Positions 39,544-51,459 of a stretch of 64,000 nt of DNA are shown here, piece by piece. Location: positions 6,882,001 through 6,946,000 of the forward strand of contig OX597831.1 in NCBI GenBank assembly GCA_951406725.2. The letters run 5' to 3'. Below the pieces are notes generated by a model. The model was given only the letters and a program-made list of their open reading frames with translations. It had not been told where the DNA came from and did no database searches. This DNA comes from Octopus vulgaris. Lineage: Eukaryota. A program made the position numbers and the translations under genes. Positions within the stretch are counted from its first letter, which is position 1. Each line of letters starts with the position of its first letter.

Positions 39544-40312
39544 AAGCTGGTCTGAAACCTCACCTTTGTGCAATTGTAATTTCACTGCTTCTTACCCTGC
39601 CGTTATAAAGTACTTTGATAAGATATTGATATACAAAGCCAAAGTTTCCTCACCTGATGATATAGACAGAAATTATATTGATTGCAGACCAAATTCATTT
39701 AAAAAGCCCCGGTTTCAGAAACACCACATTATTGGCTAAATATATCTGGAATTTTAAAGACAGAAAAACAAAACAGAACAAAAAAACTGATAATATTATT
39801 ACAATAAACTAGTCAGCTATTAAAAATGCAAACCCTACTTCATCATTGGCAATACCAGTCAAATCTACTTAGCAGAGAAATTTGATATTTTCATAGAGCT
39901 ACATATTATTAAATAAAAAGTCTGAACTGGTTTCAAACTGCTGACATGAAGGTTGTTATTTCTCAGGAGAATTTTTTATTATATCTCTAACTCATGCTTA
40001 ATTTTTTTTATTTAATGCCATCCACTTCTCTGTTTTTAGATGAACTCTATTCTGTGAAGTGCATGGTCTATATATATTGATCATCAATGAAAAAAAAAAC
40101 AAACACATTTTACAGAAACAGTTTATATAAATATTTTACAAAATATATTTTGTAAGGCTGCTGCAAAGCATCTGTAATACTATCATAATAAAGTTTATAT
40201 TTGCTTTTTCATTGTAGTAAAGATTGTTTGCCAACATAACATGGCAGTCCTGGTTTAGGATAAATGTTGCTGTAATTTAGCCCCAGGAGACATCGTCTCC
40301 AGCTGGCTATAC

Positions 40313-40631
40313 GACATGATCTGTGTCCTTATATTTTGAAACAAGGGAATCTAGCACCCCAACTCAGCTCAAAACAACACCTGTGTATTGCAATTTCCGG
40401 GTTATTTCCCTTCATCAGCACAGAATAATCGTTCGGCTAGAGGTGCGGCTGCCAAATTCCCATTTGAAATATATAGTTTTCAAAGTGACAACTAATCACT
40501 GATCTATAAATTAGAAAACTACTATTTTTAAATCTCACAACATGAGATATTCAGCAACAGTACTTTGTGGTAAAGATTGAGTGAGGGTGCTAGATTCCCT
40601 TGTTTGAAAATATAAGGACACAGATCATGTC
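40313..40631. mobile_element. Inverted-repeat cassette enclosing the hammerhead (Penelope pseudo-LTR-like)
   Basis: 47-bp arms at 40313-40359 and 40585-40631 with one mismatch. Confidence 0.65.
40381..40423 (-). ncRNA. Minimal type-I hammerhead ribozyme
   Basis: Minus strand: CUGUG-CUGAUGA-A-GGG-AAAUAA-CCC-G-GAAA-UUGCAA-UA-CACAG. Five-bp stem I, palindromic stem III (AUUGCAAU). Confidence 0.8.
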
Positions 40632-40869
40632 CTTATATTCTTCTATTATGTATATTTTTTATTATTATTATATATATTCTCTATTTTATATCCAACGAAT
40701 AAAGAAAGATAAGTTGAAATGTCACCTTCCAGAATGTGTATATATATACATTTCAGTTACATGCACTCCATTTATCTCATATAAGCATTGTAAGGCATCT
40801 AAAAACCACCTGGGTACATAAATTGCTATGACATTTGGGTACCTCACAATTTAATCAGAAAATTTTTAA

Positions 40870-41495
40870 TGGACTGCATTTCCATCCACAACTCTCAGTT
40901 CAAATGTAACTAAAACAACCCATTTTGGGGAAGAATAATCACAGGTGAGGAAGACTGGATTGTTTACAACAATGTGGAGCAAAAAAAGATCTTGGTAAAA
41001 TGAAATGAGTCACTGTTAACCATTCCAAAAGCTGGTCTGCATCCAAAGAAAATGATGTTATGTACAAGGTGGGATAGGAAAGGCATTGTGAATTGTGAGA
41101 ATCCTTTCATGAAACATTGTTTATTACCGGACTGACTGAAGGCAGATGAAAAGTGTTTTTCGAATTGGCCCATTGAAAGAGTGTCATCTTCCTTCAAGAT
41201 AATGTCAGACCTCAAATCTGTTTACAGATATGGCAGAAATTAGTGCAGTGTTGTTGGGATGTTCAACCTCAGCCACCAAACTCACCTCATTTTGCTCCTT
41301 CAGATTATAACTTATTTCAATCCTACAAAGTCCTCTTAATGAGAAGTAATTCAATTCATCGTGTGTCTGTAAAAACTACTTAGACCAGTTCATCGCTCAG
41401 AAAGATGCCAAGTCCTCAAATGATGCACTCATGAAACTGCCCCAAAGATGGAAAATGGTAGTGGCACAAAATGGCACACATTTAGTTGGCTAAAT
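40870..41495 (+). mobile_element. Mariner transposase relic of a second family
   Basis: KAGLHPKKMMLCTRWDRKGIV, FLQDNVRP, PPNSPHFAPSDYNLFQSL and KLPQRWKMVVAQNG, frameshifted. Confidence 0.85.
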
Positions 41496-41657
41496 ACATG
41501 TACCAATATCTATTTTATTCTAGCTAGTCTGGATCTGAAGAGGGTCTATGAGGTGCTGTGCAAACCTTGTTGGATCTAAAATTTTACATTTTACAATTGC
41601 TAGTCATGTGACTTTCTGATGTCTGGCAAGCAAGTAGGAAGGCACTGCAGTGAGAAT

Positions 41658-41675
41658 CATCATCATCACCATCAC

Positions 41676-41711
<36 letters not shown>

Positions 41712-41724
41712 TATCATCATCATT

Positions 41725-41760
<36 letters not shown>

Positions 41761-42003
41761 GTTTAATGTCCATTTTCCATACTAGCATGGGTTGGATGGT
41801 TCGACCGGGATCTGGGAAGCCAGGAGGCTGCACCGGGCTCCAATCTTGATCTGGCAGTGTTTCTACAGCTGGATACCCTTCCTAACACCAACCACTCCGT
41901 GAGTATAGTGGGTGCTTTTTACGTGCCACCGGCACAGGTGCCTGGGGAGGCTGGCAACAGCCAGCCACAATCGGTTGGTGCTTTTTACGTGCCACTGGCA
42001 CAG
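41658..42003 (-). mobile_element. RTE 3'-end element with expanded (CAT)n tail of about 100 bp
   Basis: Family consensus; the tail explains the poly-His ORF. Confidence 0.85.
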
Positions 42004-42375
42004 AATATATATATATATATATTAGAAGAAGTGAGGTAATCAGAAGATCGGATGGTTTATATTTACAGATATTTATTTATATATTACATTTTTGATATAT
42101 ATATCATATCACTAAGATCATTAGCGCTTTCTCCCATTCTAGTGGGGTTTTCAAATCAAAATAAGTTCCTTTGTGGGGAATTTTAATCATTTTATAGTTT
42201 TGTAGTGGTGGGGAGGAATATAAGACAGTACAAGGTGGATGAGGAGAAAGTGAGAGAGAGAACATGTGTGTATGTATATGTGTGTGTGTGTTTGTAATCT
42301 GAGGTGAGTGCTAAAGAGAAAGAGGGGAAGGGAGAGGGAAGAAGAAGGAAAGAATTTTTTTGGTCTGCTGGACAG

Positions 42376-42527
42376 AATATTGACTCCAAAGGGGTTCTAA
42401 GAATTTCAGCTTTGACCACTTCACAGTGTCACTGAGTGTGTGGCGATGGGGAGGTAGGCCATAATATTGACTCCAATGGGGTTCTAAGAATTTCAGCTTT
42501 GACCACTTCACAGTGTCATTGAATGTG
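42376..42527. repeat. Direct duplication of about 60 bp
   Basis: AATATTGACTCCAA.GGGGTTCTAAGAATTTCAGCTTTGACCACTTCACAGTGTCA at 42376 and 42463. Confidence 0.9.
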
Positions 42528-42541
42528 TTATTATATATATG

Positions 42542-42601
<60 letters not shown>

Positions 42602-42719
42602 TAATTTCATTTGGGTGTTAATTTAGGAATTTACCCTATTAAGCTCATCCATGGGGCCAAACTATCAGATAGATTTATCAAACATACCAAAAAATCCAAA
42701 ATATCCACAGAGTTTTTTG

Positions 42720-43080
42720 CAATTATAAACAAGGAGAATGGAGTGTGGAAGTTCTTTTATTACATTAATTTACAATTGTTTCGTCTAAATTTGATCTCAT
42801 GAATATTGCTATATTATGCAATAATATATGCAACTGGTGGTTCATGAGGTGTCATTGTAATGGCACACACTGAATTCAGTTCTTGAGAATTATGTATGAA
42901 AGCCATTTGCAAATGATTCTGAAGAACTGAATTCGATATGTGTCAATAACACCTCATGAATCAATAGCTGAATACATCATTACATAATACGGTGATTGTC
43001 ATGAGAATGAATTCAGACAGAAGAATTGTGAGTTGATGTTACAAAAGAATTAGTTCACTCCATTCCTCTTGCTATAATTA
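42720..43080. mobile_element. Degenerate foldback element
   Basis: Nested inverted matches GAATGGAGTG/CACTCCATTC, TTCATGAGGTGT/ACACCTCATGAA and GAATTCAGTTCTT/AAGAACTGAATTC. Confidence 0.75.
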
Positions 43081-43086
43081 TACAAA

Positions 43087-43325
43087 GGTAGCGAGGTGGT
43101 AGAAACGTTAGCATGTCGGGCGAAATGCTTAGTGGTATTTCGTCTGCGGTTACGTTCTGAGTTCAAATTCCGCCGAGGTCGGATTAAATAAGGCATAGTG
43201 AATTCCTTTCGGGGTCGATTAAATAAGTAGCAGTTACGCACTGGGGTCGATATAATCGACTTAATCCATTTATCTGTCCTTGTTTGTCCTCTCTGTGTTT
43301 AGCCCCTTGTGGGTAGTAAAGAAAT
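43087..43325 (+). mobile_element. SINE group B
   Basis: Matches 17270-17498 apart from a short internal rearrangement. Confidence 0.85.
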
Positions 43326-43359
43326 ATATAATTATACAAACAAACATACATACGTACAT

Positions 43360-43995
43360 ACCAAGAGGCATGAGAAGTGGTGTGCAAGAAAGACGACTGT
43401 GCTAGTATGTTCATGTGATGCATATGGATGAGGAGAGCTGTGTAAAGAAGGGCCAATCTCTAATGGTGGAGGGAACCTGTGGAAGAGGTAGACCCAGGAA
43501 GACATAGAATGAGGTAGTGAAGCATGATCTTTGAACATTGGTTCTCACAGGGGCAATGACAAGTGACCGAGACCTTTGCCTATACGCCATGCTTGAGAAG
43601 ACCCGTCAAGCTAAGTGAAATTGTAGTTGTGGCTGATGCCAGTGTCACATAGTTGGTACCCATGCGGGTGGCACGTAAAGGGCACTCTAGAAACCCAGGG
43701 GCTCACATAGGCAGTGACAAATGACTGAGACCTCTGGCGATATATTGTGCTTGAGAAGACCAGTCAAGCCAAGTGACATCATAGTCATGGCCAATGTCAG
43801 TGTTACATAACTGGTACCTGTACTGGTGGCACTTAAAAAGGCATCCACTACACCCTCAGAGTGGTTGGTGTTAGGAAGGGCATCCAGCTGTAGAAACCAT
43901 GCCAAATCAGATTGGAACCTGGTGCAGCAGTTTTCAGTCAAACCATCCAACCCATGCCAGCTTGTAAAACGGATATTAAATGATGATGTTGATGA
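43360..43995 (+). mobile_element. RTE LINE 3' fragment with partial internal duplication
   Basis: VQERRLC..VEGTCGRGRPRKT followed by the 3'UTR consensus. Confidence 0.8.
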
Positions 43996-44146
43996 TATAT
44001 ACATACATATATAAATTTAAAATGAGGGTGAGAAATTAGATATTAATTTAATTAACATCGATTTCACACTAGTGGTCTAGCAAATAAAAAAAACTGAAGG
44101 TTCAGTAAAATTGTATTATATACATATATATGTTCTTATATATGTA

Positions 44147-44527
44147 CTAGTGTCGGGTTTGTAAGGGAAATAATTATATAAGCATTTTTAGAGATGTAAA
44201 GTATAATAGCCATCTCAATATGGCTAACCACAAAGGGGGGGCGGTATTACTGTAGCTTTTTACGTTCTGAGATTTAATAATAAATTTTTAGAGAGTTACT
44301 TCCCTTATATATGCCAAAAATGCATTAAAAATGACAAAATTGATGGTAAATTTTTTTTTAAATCGTAGACTCATCGTAGACGTGTGCTAATACCCAGAAG
44401 GGCTCGATATGAATCACGACTATAAGATACCCGGTTTTGGTTAAACTGCACCGCAAAATGTGGGAGTAGTTAGGAATCTAAATCGTAGGAGACAGACAGC
44501 ACACAACCTCTCTTTTATATATAAAGA
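44147..44527 (-). mobile_element. Non-autonomous Helitron-like element
   Basis: Minus strand begins A|TCTTTATATATAAAAG and ends CACTAG|T (5' TC, 3' CTAG, AT target); no TIRs. Confidence 0.65.
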
Positions 44528-44963
44528 TATGTTCTTATATATGTATATGTGCATGTGGGTGTGGGTGTATGTATGCATGTTTGTATGTCTTCTCTTTCTC
44601 TTTTTAATTAAGAGTAAATTTTGAGCGGCCACCAGCTTAGTAGCAAGGTTGTGAAAGAACGTATCTTGATTTAACCGTCATCCCTTAAATCCTAAGAAGA
44701 TCTTACCGATTTTTAGAGGTCCAGAATATCACAATCATTTGTTGCTTATAAACGAAAGGTTTACATTCTCTCCCCCAAATCCCAAGTTCAGCCATGCTTT
44801 GATCCAGACAGGTTTTGTATGGATCCTGTTGCTAAAGTGGGTATGAAGCTGAAAGTGCATCTTGGGGACTGGATTTGCAAACTATTTATGTATGTGGGTA
44901 TGTACATATTTTTTGGCGAATGTGTGTGTTTCAAGTGAGGGTGGATGAGTATATACATATAGC

Positions 44964-45190
44964 TTTTCTTTACTGCCCACAAGGGGCTAAACATAGAGGG
45001 GACAAACAAGGACAGACGTGTTTAAGTCGATTATATTGACCCCAGTACGTAACTGGTACTTAATTTATCGACCCCGAAAGGATGAAAGGCAAAGTCGACC
45101 TCGGCGGAATTTGAACTCAGAACGTAAAGCCAAACGAAATACTGCTAAGCATTTCGCCCGGCGCGCTAACGTTTCTGCCAGCTTGCCGCC
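44964..45190 (-). mobile_element. SINE group B
   Basis: Reverse complement of the group B consensus. Confidence 0.88.
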
Positions 45191-45562
45191 TTATATATAT
45201 ATATATAGGCACATGTACATGGGTGTGCGGGTGTGCATGTGTAGGTATGGACATGCACGCTTACGCACTTACTATGAACATTTTTACTCCCTTGCCTCAC
45301 TTAGCGGTCATTCTAATAGCTCTTTTGTCTTAATAATAGTCAATCATACAGCAATTTTCCTTTGTTATAACGGTCATTTTCATAGCATTTTTTTCAATGG
45401 CCCGATAGCTGAAGAGATGCTGGCATGGGTTTCAACCCCAACATCCGAAACTCAGAGTTTTATCATGGCTACTGAATAATTGTCACATATTATATTTACA
45501 GATATATATATATATATATATATATATACGTATATACATACATACATATGTATGTATGTATA

Positions 45563-45652
<90 letters not shown>

Positions 45653-45781
45653 TACATCTATCTATCTGTGTGTGTGTGTGTGTGTCTATGGGTGTGTATA
45701 TATGCATGCATGTGTGTATGCATATAAATACACATTACTAGAACTATACATGTATATTTTTATAGATGCATATATGCATGC

Positions 45782-45812
<31 letters not shown>

Positions 45813-46489
45813 TACATCGACACACACACACATACTTACGTATGTTTACACATCCACAAATATACATAAAGCTTTCAAAATCAGTGCTCAGTTTAACTAT
45901 TTTCATTGTAGATCTTCTCCCTCTTAATCCCATTTATTGTCAGTGTGGAAGCTTAATTAACTAAGCCAACATGATGGTCTGATAAGGATTAACCACATAT
46001 ATTCCATAATAGGGCGTGATACTGTAAATATAATCATCCTAAATACGAGATTAACAAAACCGAATACATAATCACTGAAGTTTTCTAATTGCTCATATCA
46101 TATATTCAGGGTGAATCCAGAATTTTAGCTGGGGTTGATTCCCAACCTTACACACACACACACACAATGTTCTCTCGTTATGGTTCAACTTCTTTGAGGT
46201 GGTGAGCTGGCAGAATCATTAGCATGCTTTGTGGCATTTCGTCTGTCTTTACTAGGTTCAAATTCTGAGAAGGTTGGCTGTGCCTTTCATATTTTTTGGG
46301 TTCGTTAAAATAAGTACCAGTCATGTACTGGGGTCAATGTAATCAACTAGCCCTTTTCACCAAAATTTCAGGTCTTGTGTTCATGTCAAGCCAACACATG
46401 GTTTGATGTCTCAAACCAATTGAATTAGTTCTTCAGTTTTTGGTTACTTTTCTATTTAATTTTATCATGTTATTATCATCCTCATCATA

Positions 46490-47322
46490 ATAATAATAAT
46501 AATAATAATAATTGTGTACAGTGCTCAGGTGCACTACAACTCATCTAAAGTGTATATATAATCAGGTGTAGTTTCGGCGGATTTCGGAAAGCATGAGGGC
46601 CTTAAAAGATGCAGTGTCATGGCAGTCAACAACTGACGCAGGCAGTTTATTCCATGCTTCAGCAACTCTGAGCGTGAAAAAATGTTTCCGAAAGTCATGG
46701 GAGCTGTATTGTTTTCTGACTTTGTAGGCATGTCCACGTGTGTTAGACACATGGAGATCAAAAAGGTGTTCAGTGTTGTTGTTGGTGAGGTGGTTGATAA
46801 CTTTGTGGGTGTTTACCAAGTCCGTCGCCAGATGCCGGAGCTTCAGTGAATCCATGCCCAGGGAAACAAGGCGCTCAGAATATGGTAGGTGTCTGATGGA
46901 GGGTATGCGTTTGGTTGCACGTCTCTGGACAGATTCCAGGAGGTCAATGTTCTGTGCAAGATAGGGGTTCCAAACTGATGATGCGAATTCCAAGTGTGGT
47001 CGTACCATAGCTGTATACAGTTTTAAATAGATGGCTGGAGAGCGGCTAACAAAAGACCTGCTGAGTGATGCCAAGACACCCTCGGCCTTCCTGACAATCT
47101 TAGAGATATGCTTTGACCAACGCAAATCACTGCTGACAGTGATGCCTAGGTCACGCTCGCAAGAGGATTTCTTGATATCAGTGTTGTGGAGGGAGTAAGT
47201 GAACGCAGGGTTTTTTCTCCCAAAATGCATGGTGGTACACTTGTCCACAGCCAGTTTCAGTTGCCAGTCTGTGATCCATTGCTGCATTGTGTCTAGGTCT
47301 GATTGCAGGAAAGAGTTATCAT
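46490..47322 (-). mobile_element. 5'-truncated CR1-type LINE with open C-terminal RT frame
   Basis: LQSDLD..WQLKLAVDKC..ERDLGI..VRPHLEFASSVWNPY..LESVQRRATK..TRGH..FFTLRVAEAWNKLP, stop at 46562-46564, short 3'UTR and (ATT)n tail. Confidence 0.93.
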
Positions 47323-47644
47323 CCTCATCATTAACCATTTTCGTCTGTTTTTCCATGCTGGGTTAGGCTACAGCACCTCAGATTTTTGCTGTCTCTTCTC
47401 ATCTGTTATACACCGCAACAGAAAAAAAGCACCACTCCTTGCTGTTGTGTATATTATGCGTTTGGCATGGTTTTTATGAGCAGATGGTCTTCCTATTACC
47501 AGTCAGTTTACCATACAGAATGAGAGCATTTTATCATGTAACCAACCCTAGAGAAGTCCCCTGTAGCAGGACTACAGATTCCTCTCTACCCTACAACTAC
47601 TTTAATTCAGATATACTCTTTTCAAGATTGGCTGCCTCTGCTGT

Positions 47645-48002
47645 TGCTGCTGAGCGAACGGTCTTTGTCCCAGAGCTCGCAAGAAACGTGGTCCTTTGCT
47701 ATTCGTAAGACCCGCAGAAGAGAAAGCAGGTCAACCCCCGACACCGAGAGCATCGACGGATGGATGAATGTGCATCCAGGCTCAGCAGTTGCATAGGAAG
47801 TCGGGGACAAGAAACAGGAAGAAAGAGTGAGAGAAAGTTGGGGCGAAAGAGTATAACAGGAGTCGCCACTACCCCCTGCCAGAACCTCGTAGAGCTTTAG
47901 GTGTTTTCGCTCAATAAACACACACAACGCCCGGTCTGGGAATCGAAACCGCGATCCTCCGACCATGAGTCCGCTGCCCTAACCACTGGGCCATTGCGCC
48001 TC
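47645..48002 (-). mobile_element. SINE group A, tail type 2, with 13-bp TSD
   Basis: TSD CTGCCTCTGCTGT at 47632-47644 and 48003-48015. Confidence 0.9.
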
Positions 48003-49403
48003 CTGCCTCTGCTGTGGCTTGTGGAGGCCATGTCTATAGCTAGATGCCTTTTCTAACTTTACAGAATAGATAGGATACATTTTATTAAGCTAACTAATCC
48101 TCTCTGCCAGATCTAGAGAGCTTCTTATACTTTCTGTTTCGTGTTAGATTTACTAAAGAGTAACCTGCATTCTGTATTAGTTGATTCTGAATGAATGTCT
48201 GCACATGAGTATCTATATATTTTAATATATTGAATTAATGCTTAGATACTACAAAAAATATACCCACTGAATTTAAGAGCTCCACTTTTAACATATTAAA
48301 TTCCAATATTTTATTTAAATGCAATCACCATAACTGGAATGAGTTTGTATGGAGATAAATTGGTTCAGCGCAAAATATTTAGAAGAATAAAAAACAAGGA
48401 TTTCAGTGTTGTTTCATTATTTCACTCTCAGTTCTACAGCAGTTTCCACAGTTAAAATACAAACATCATCATACCTATTATTACATAATTAATATATAGA
48501 AGTGCATAATTAATTGGAATGAGATGAATAAGCTATGTCGTCAGGAAAAGAAATTGAAATATTTCAATAAATTATGACTCATCAAAGACATTTTTATTTT
48601 CTAAATATTTATTATTTATGAATGTTTTATATCTGACCATATGTCCTGCCATCCATTGGTACGTTAGGCTCTACCAAACCATAGATCCACAACAAGTCAG
48701 TTCTGCTGTCAGGTTAAACCCTTTGAGAGATTTGGGATTAGCAGCACAAGCTAATAAAATGCGAATCATTTATACTGTATGATAATTGATTAGAGTGCAG
48801 TCAAACCAATGGGGTAGCCTCCGCATAGTTGCTCAACCAGCTAGAAATAGCAACCACTCAGATCACGTGGTGTTATAAAACAGGATGGGATGCATAGGCT
48901 AATGTAGTCGAGGGTACAGTATGCCTAGGAAATAACAAGGTTGGAATCCCTTTGATCATTGATCAGTTTGATTAGAGTTGGGACCAAGGTTCAGTCCTTG
49001 CTGCAGTCTGGTGGCATGTGTGCCTCAATGACCCTGAGAGCTCTGTGCCAGCGGGGCACAAACTCTGGGTAGGGTCTTTCATCCTGGACAGGTCAAAGGA
49101 GGATAGATGCCAGACTAGTATAGACCGTCTTTTCTCAGACATAAAAATAGATCCAACACTCTTACCTAGAAAAAAAGTAGTTACAGAAGCATCGATGACA
49201 ATCCAAAGCCAACAAGATCTAGAAAAGGAATGGGCCTTCCCTCAAGGAAACATAGGACACCCTAAAAATAATGAGAAGCTGGATACTGAGACAGAACCGA
49301 AAAACCAGGGATCTAACTGGAAAGAAACAGAAAAGACAGCCCAGGGTCGAGAATGCCCAATTGGAAGCAAAGGGCTAAACAACAGGGAATTACCACCAAT
49401 AAG

Positions 49404-49797
49404 TGGAGGCACAATGGCCCAGTGGTTAGGGCAGCGGACTCGCGGTCGTAGGATCGCGGTTTCGATTCCCAGACCAGGCGTTGTGAATATTTATTGAGCG
49501 AAAACACCTAAAGCTCCACGAGGCTCCGGCAGGGATGGTGGTGATCCCTGCTGTACTCTTTCACCACATCTTTCTCTCACTCTTACTTCCTGTTTCTGTT
49601 GTACCTGTATTTCAAAGGGCCGGCCTTGTCACTCTCTTGTGTCACGCTGAATATCCCCGAGAACTACGTTAAGGGCACACGTGTCTGTGGAGTGCTCAGC
49701 CACTTACACGTTAATTTCACGAGCAGGCTGTTCCGTTGATCAGATCAACCGGAACCCTCGTCATCGTAACCGACGGAGTGCTTCCACCATCCATCCA
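49404..49797 (+). mobile_element. SINE group A, tail type 3
   Basis: Same head and central block; distinct 3' half GTGTCACGCTGAATATCCCCGAGAACTACG..TTAATTTCACGAGCAGG..(CCAT)n. Confidence 0.88.
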
Positions 49798-51246
49798 GCC
49801 CTTATCAACTGACCCAACTGTCATTCTATGCTGGTGAATATCTATATTAATTTTACCTTTTCTTCTTAGAGAGTGAAAGGCAAGTCAGTTGATATGGGAC
49901 AGTGGAAAATTTCTGAAGATGCTTTCTTCATGAAGAACACCTAATTAAGTGTAAGTTAGCATACTTAATATAGTGAGTTGAAAATTAATTTTTAACCTAC
50001 AAAATTACATCTTTAATGAGAGGAAAAAATTATTAGTGCCAATGACAACTCTTACTGAAGAAGGCAAAGGAGAGAACTCTGGGAGTTATCTTGATAAAAA
50101 ATTAATTGGAGACTTGCATTTGGGAATGAATTAGATGTTTGGATCAGTATGGTGACAACTCTGGACATGTTTCAGGGCTATTTGACCTCCTTAGTGATGT
50201 GTAAGTTAACATCTACGTACAAAATCTTAGAGCAACTGGGAGAGTATAGTCTTTTTTCTTTTTTGTGTGTGAAAATTGTCATTTGAAATAAGGACAGTCG
50301 AGAGTTCCTCATAGATGCCTACTGCATGAAGAACAGATAGTTAAGTGCAGACAGAGCCTGCAAAAGCAGGAAGGGGCTCAACTAATTTATTGGTCTGGGA
50401 CCCAAAGAGTCAAAGAAGAGATAATGATTCTCTACTGGGCTCCTCCTTAAAAGAATCTCAGCATTTTGAATTTTGAGAGATCTCTCACCCCATTCCAGGA
50501 CCTCCAAAATAGTTTTGTTCTGTTTTGCCACATTCAGCCCAGAGTCTCTGAATGCACCTACCACACTTAAGCACCTTCACTCCCTATGGAGCAGAAACCA
50601 TCAACATCTTTTCTCCACTGTAAGACTTTTCTCTCCCAAGTCCTGTTGGTTTTGCATTGGCTTTGATGCTTCTGCAACTTTGCTTTTTTTTCTTGGGAGG
50701 GGTTTTGGCTCTATGCAAATCTATTTTTACCCCTGGAAAGAGGTGATCCATATTAGTCTGGCCTCTATCCTTTGAGCTGTCCAGCATGAGAAGCCCTACC
50801 AGGGGCTTGTGTTGTGCTGATAGAGCTCTCAGGGGTCACTGAGGCATGAGACATACAAGCCATCACATTGCAGCAAAGGCTGAACTACGTGTTGGAACAT
50901 ACTTAATGGAGTGATCCAAAATGAATTATTAATCAAATGATATCCCACCTGTAATGAGAGGAATATAGATTCAAACCCTCACCTCTTGTTAATTATGACC
51001 AGCATAATTTCTTTTGAAGAGAGCAGTTATGTATAGCGATTTGATTTTGATTAATGTCTCAGTTCTATATTTTCGTGAAGGAGAAATGGAAGGATGTGAT
51101 GCTTATGTCTTTCTTCAATAGTGAACTGAAATATCTTCATCCAGGCATTTTTTTGTATTGCTCTATCTGGAGGAAAGCTTAGTGTTGAGGACTTTTACAG
51201 ATCCTTTTGAAATCAGTGGGCTTGGTGTTGTTAATGTTGTGTTTAA

Positions 51247-51459
51247 CACTTTCGATACCGTATTTATTTTGAGATGCTCTGAGTTTCTTTCAATTATTTT
51301 AAATATATCAAAGAATTTAGTAAAATAACTATTATCATAAAGCTAGTGTTAGGAACGTAACTTGTGACTAATGTTTGGTGTTTAATTCAAAACTTATGAA
51401 AATGAAACATTTGTAGTACAGATCCAGAGCCGGCTTCAGCCGGGTTGGTAACAAAAGGG
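51247..51459. mobile_element. piggyBac-type MITE, second copy
   Basis: Colinear with 12969-13189; left TTAA retained. Confidence 0.8.

Noticed and set aside
41619-41849. Poly-histidine ORF
   Set aside because: Expanded (CAT)n tail of an RTE-end element.
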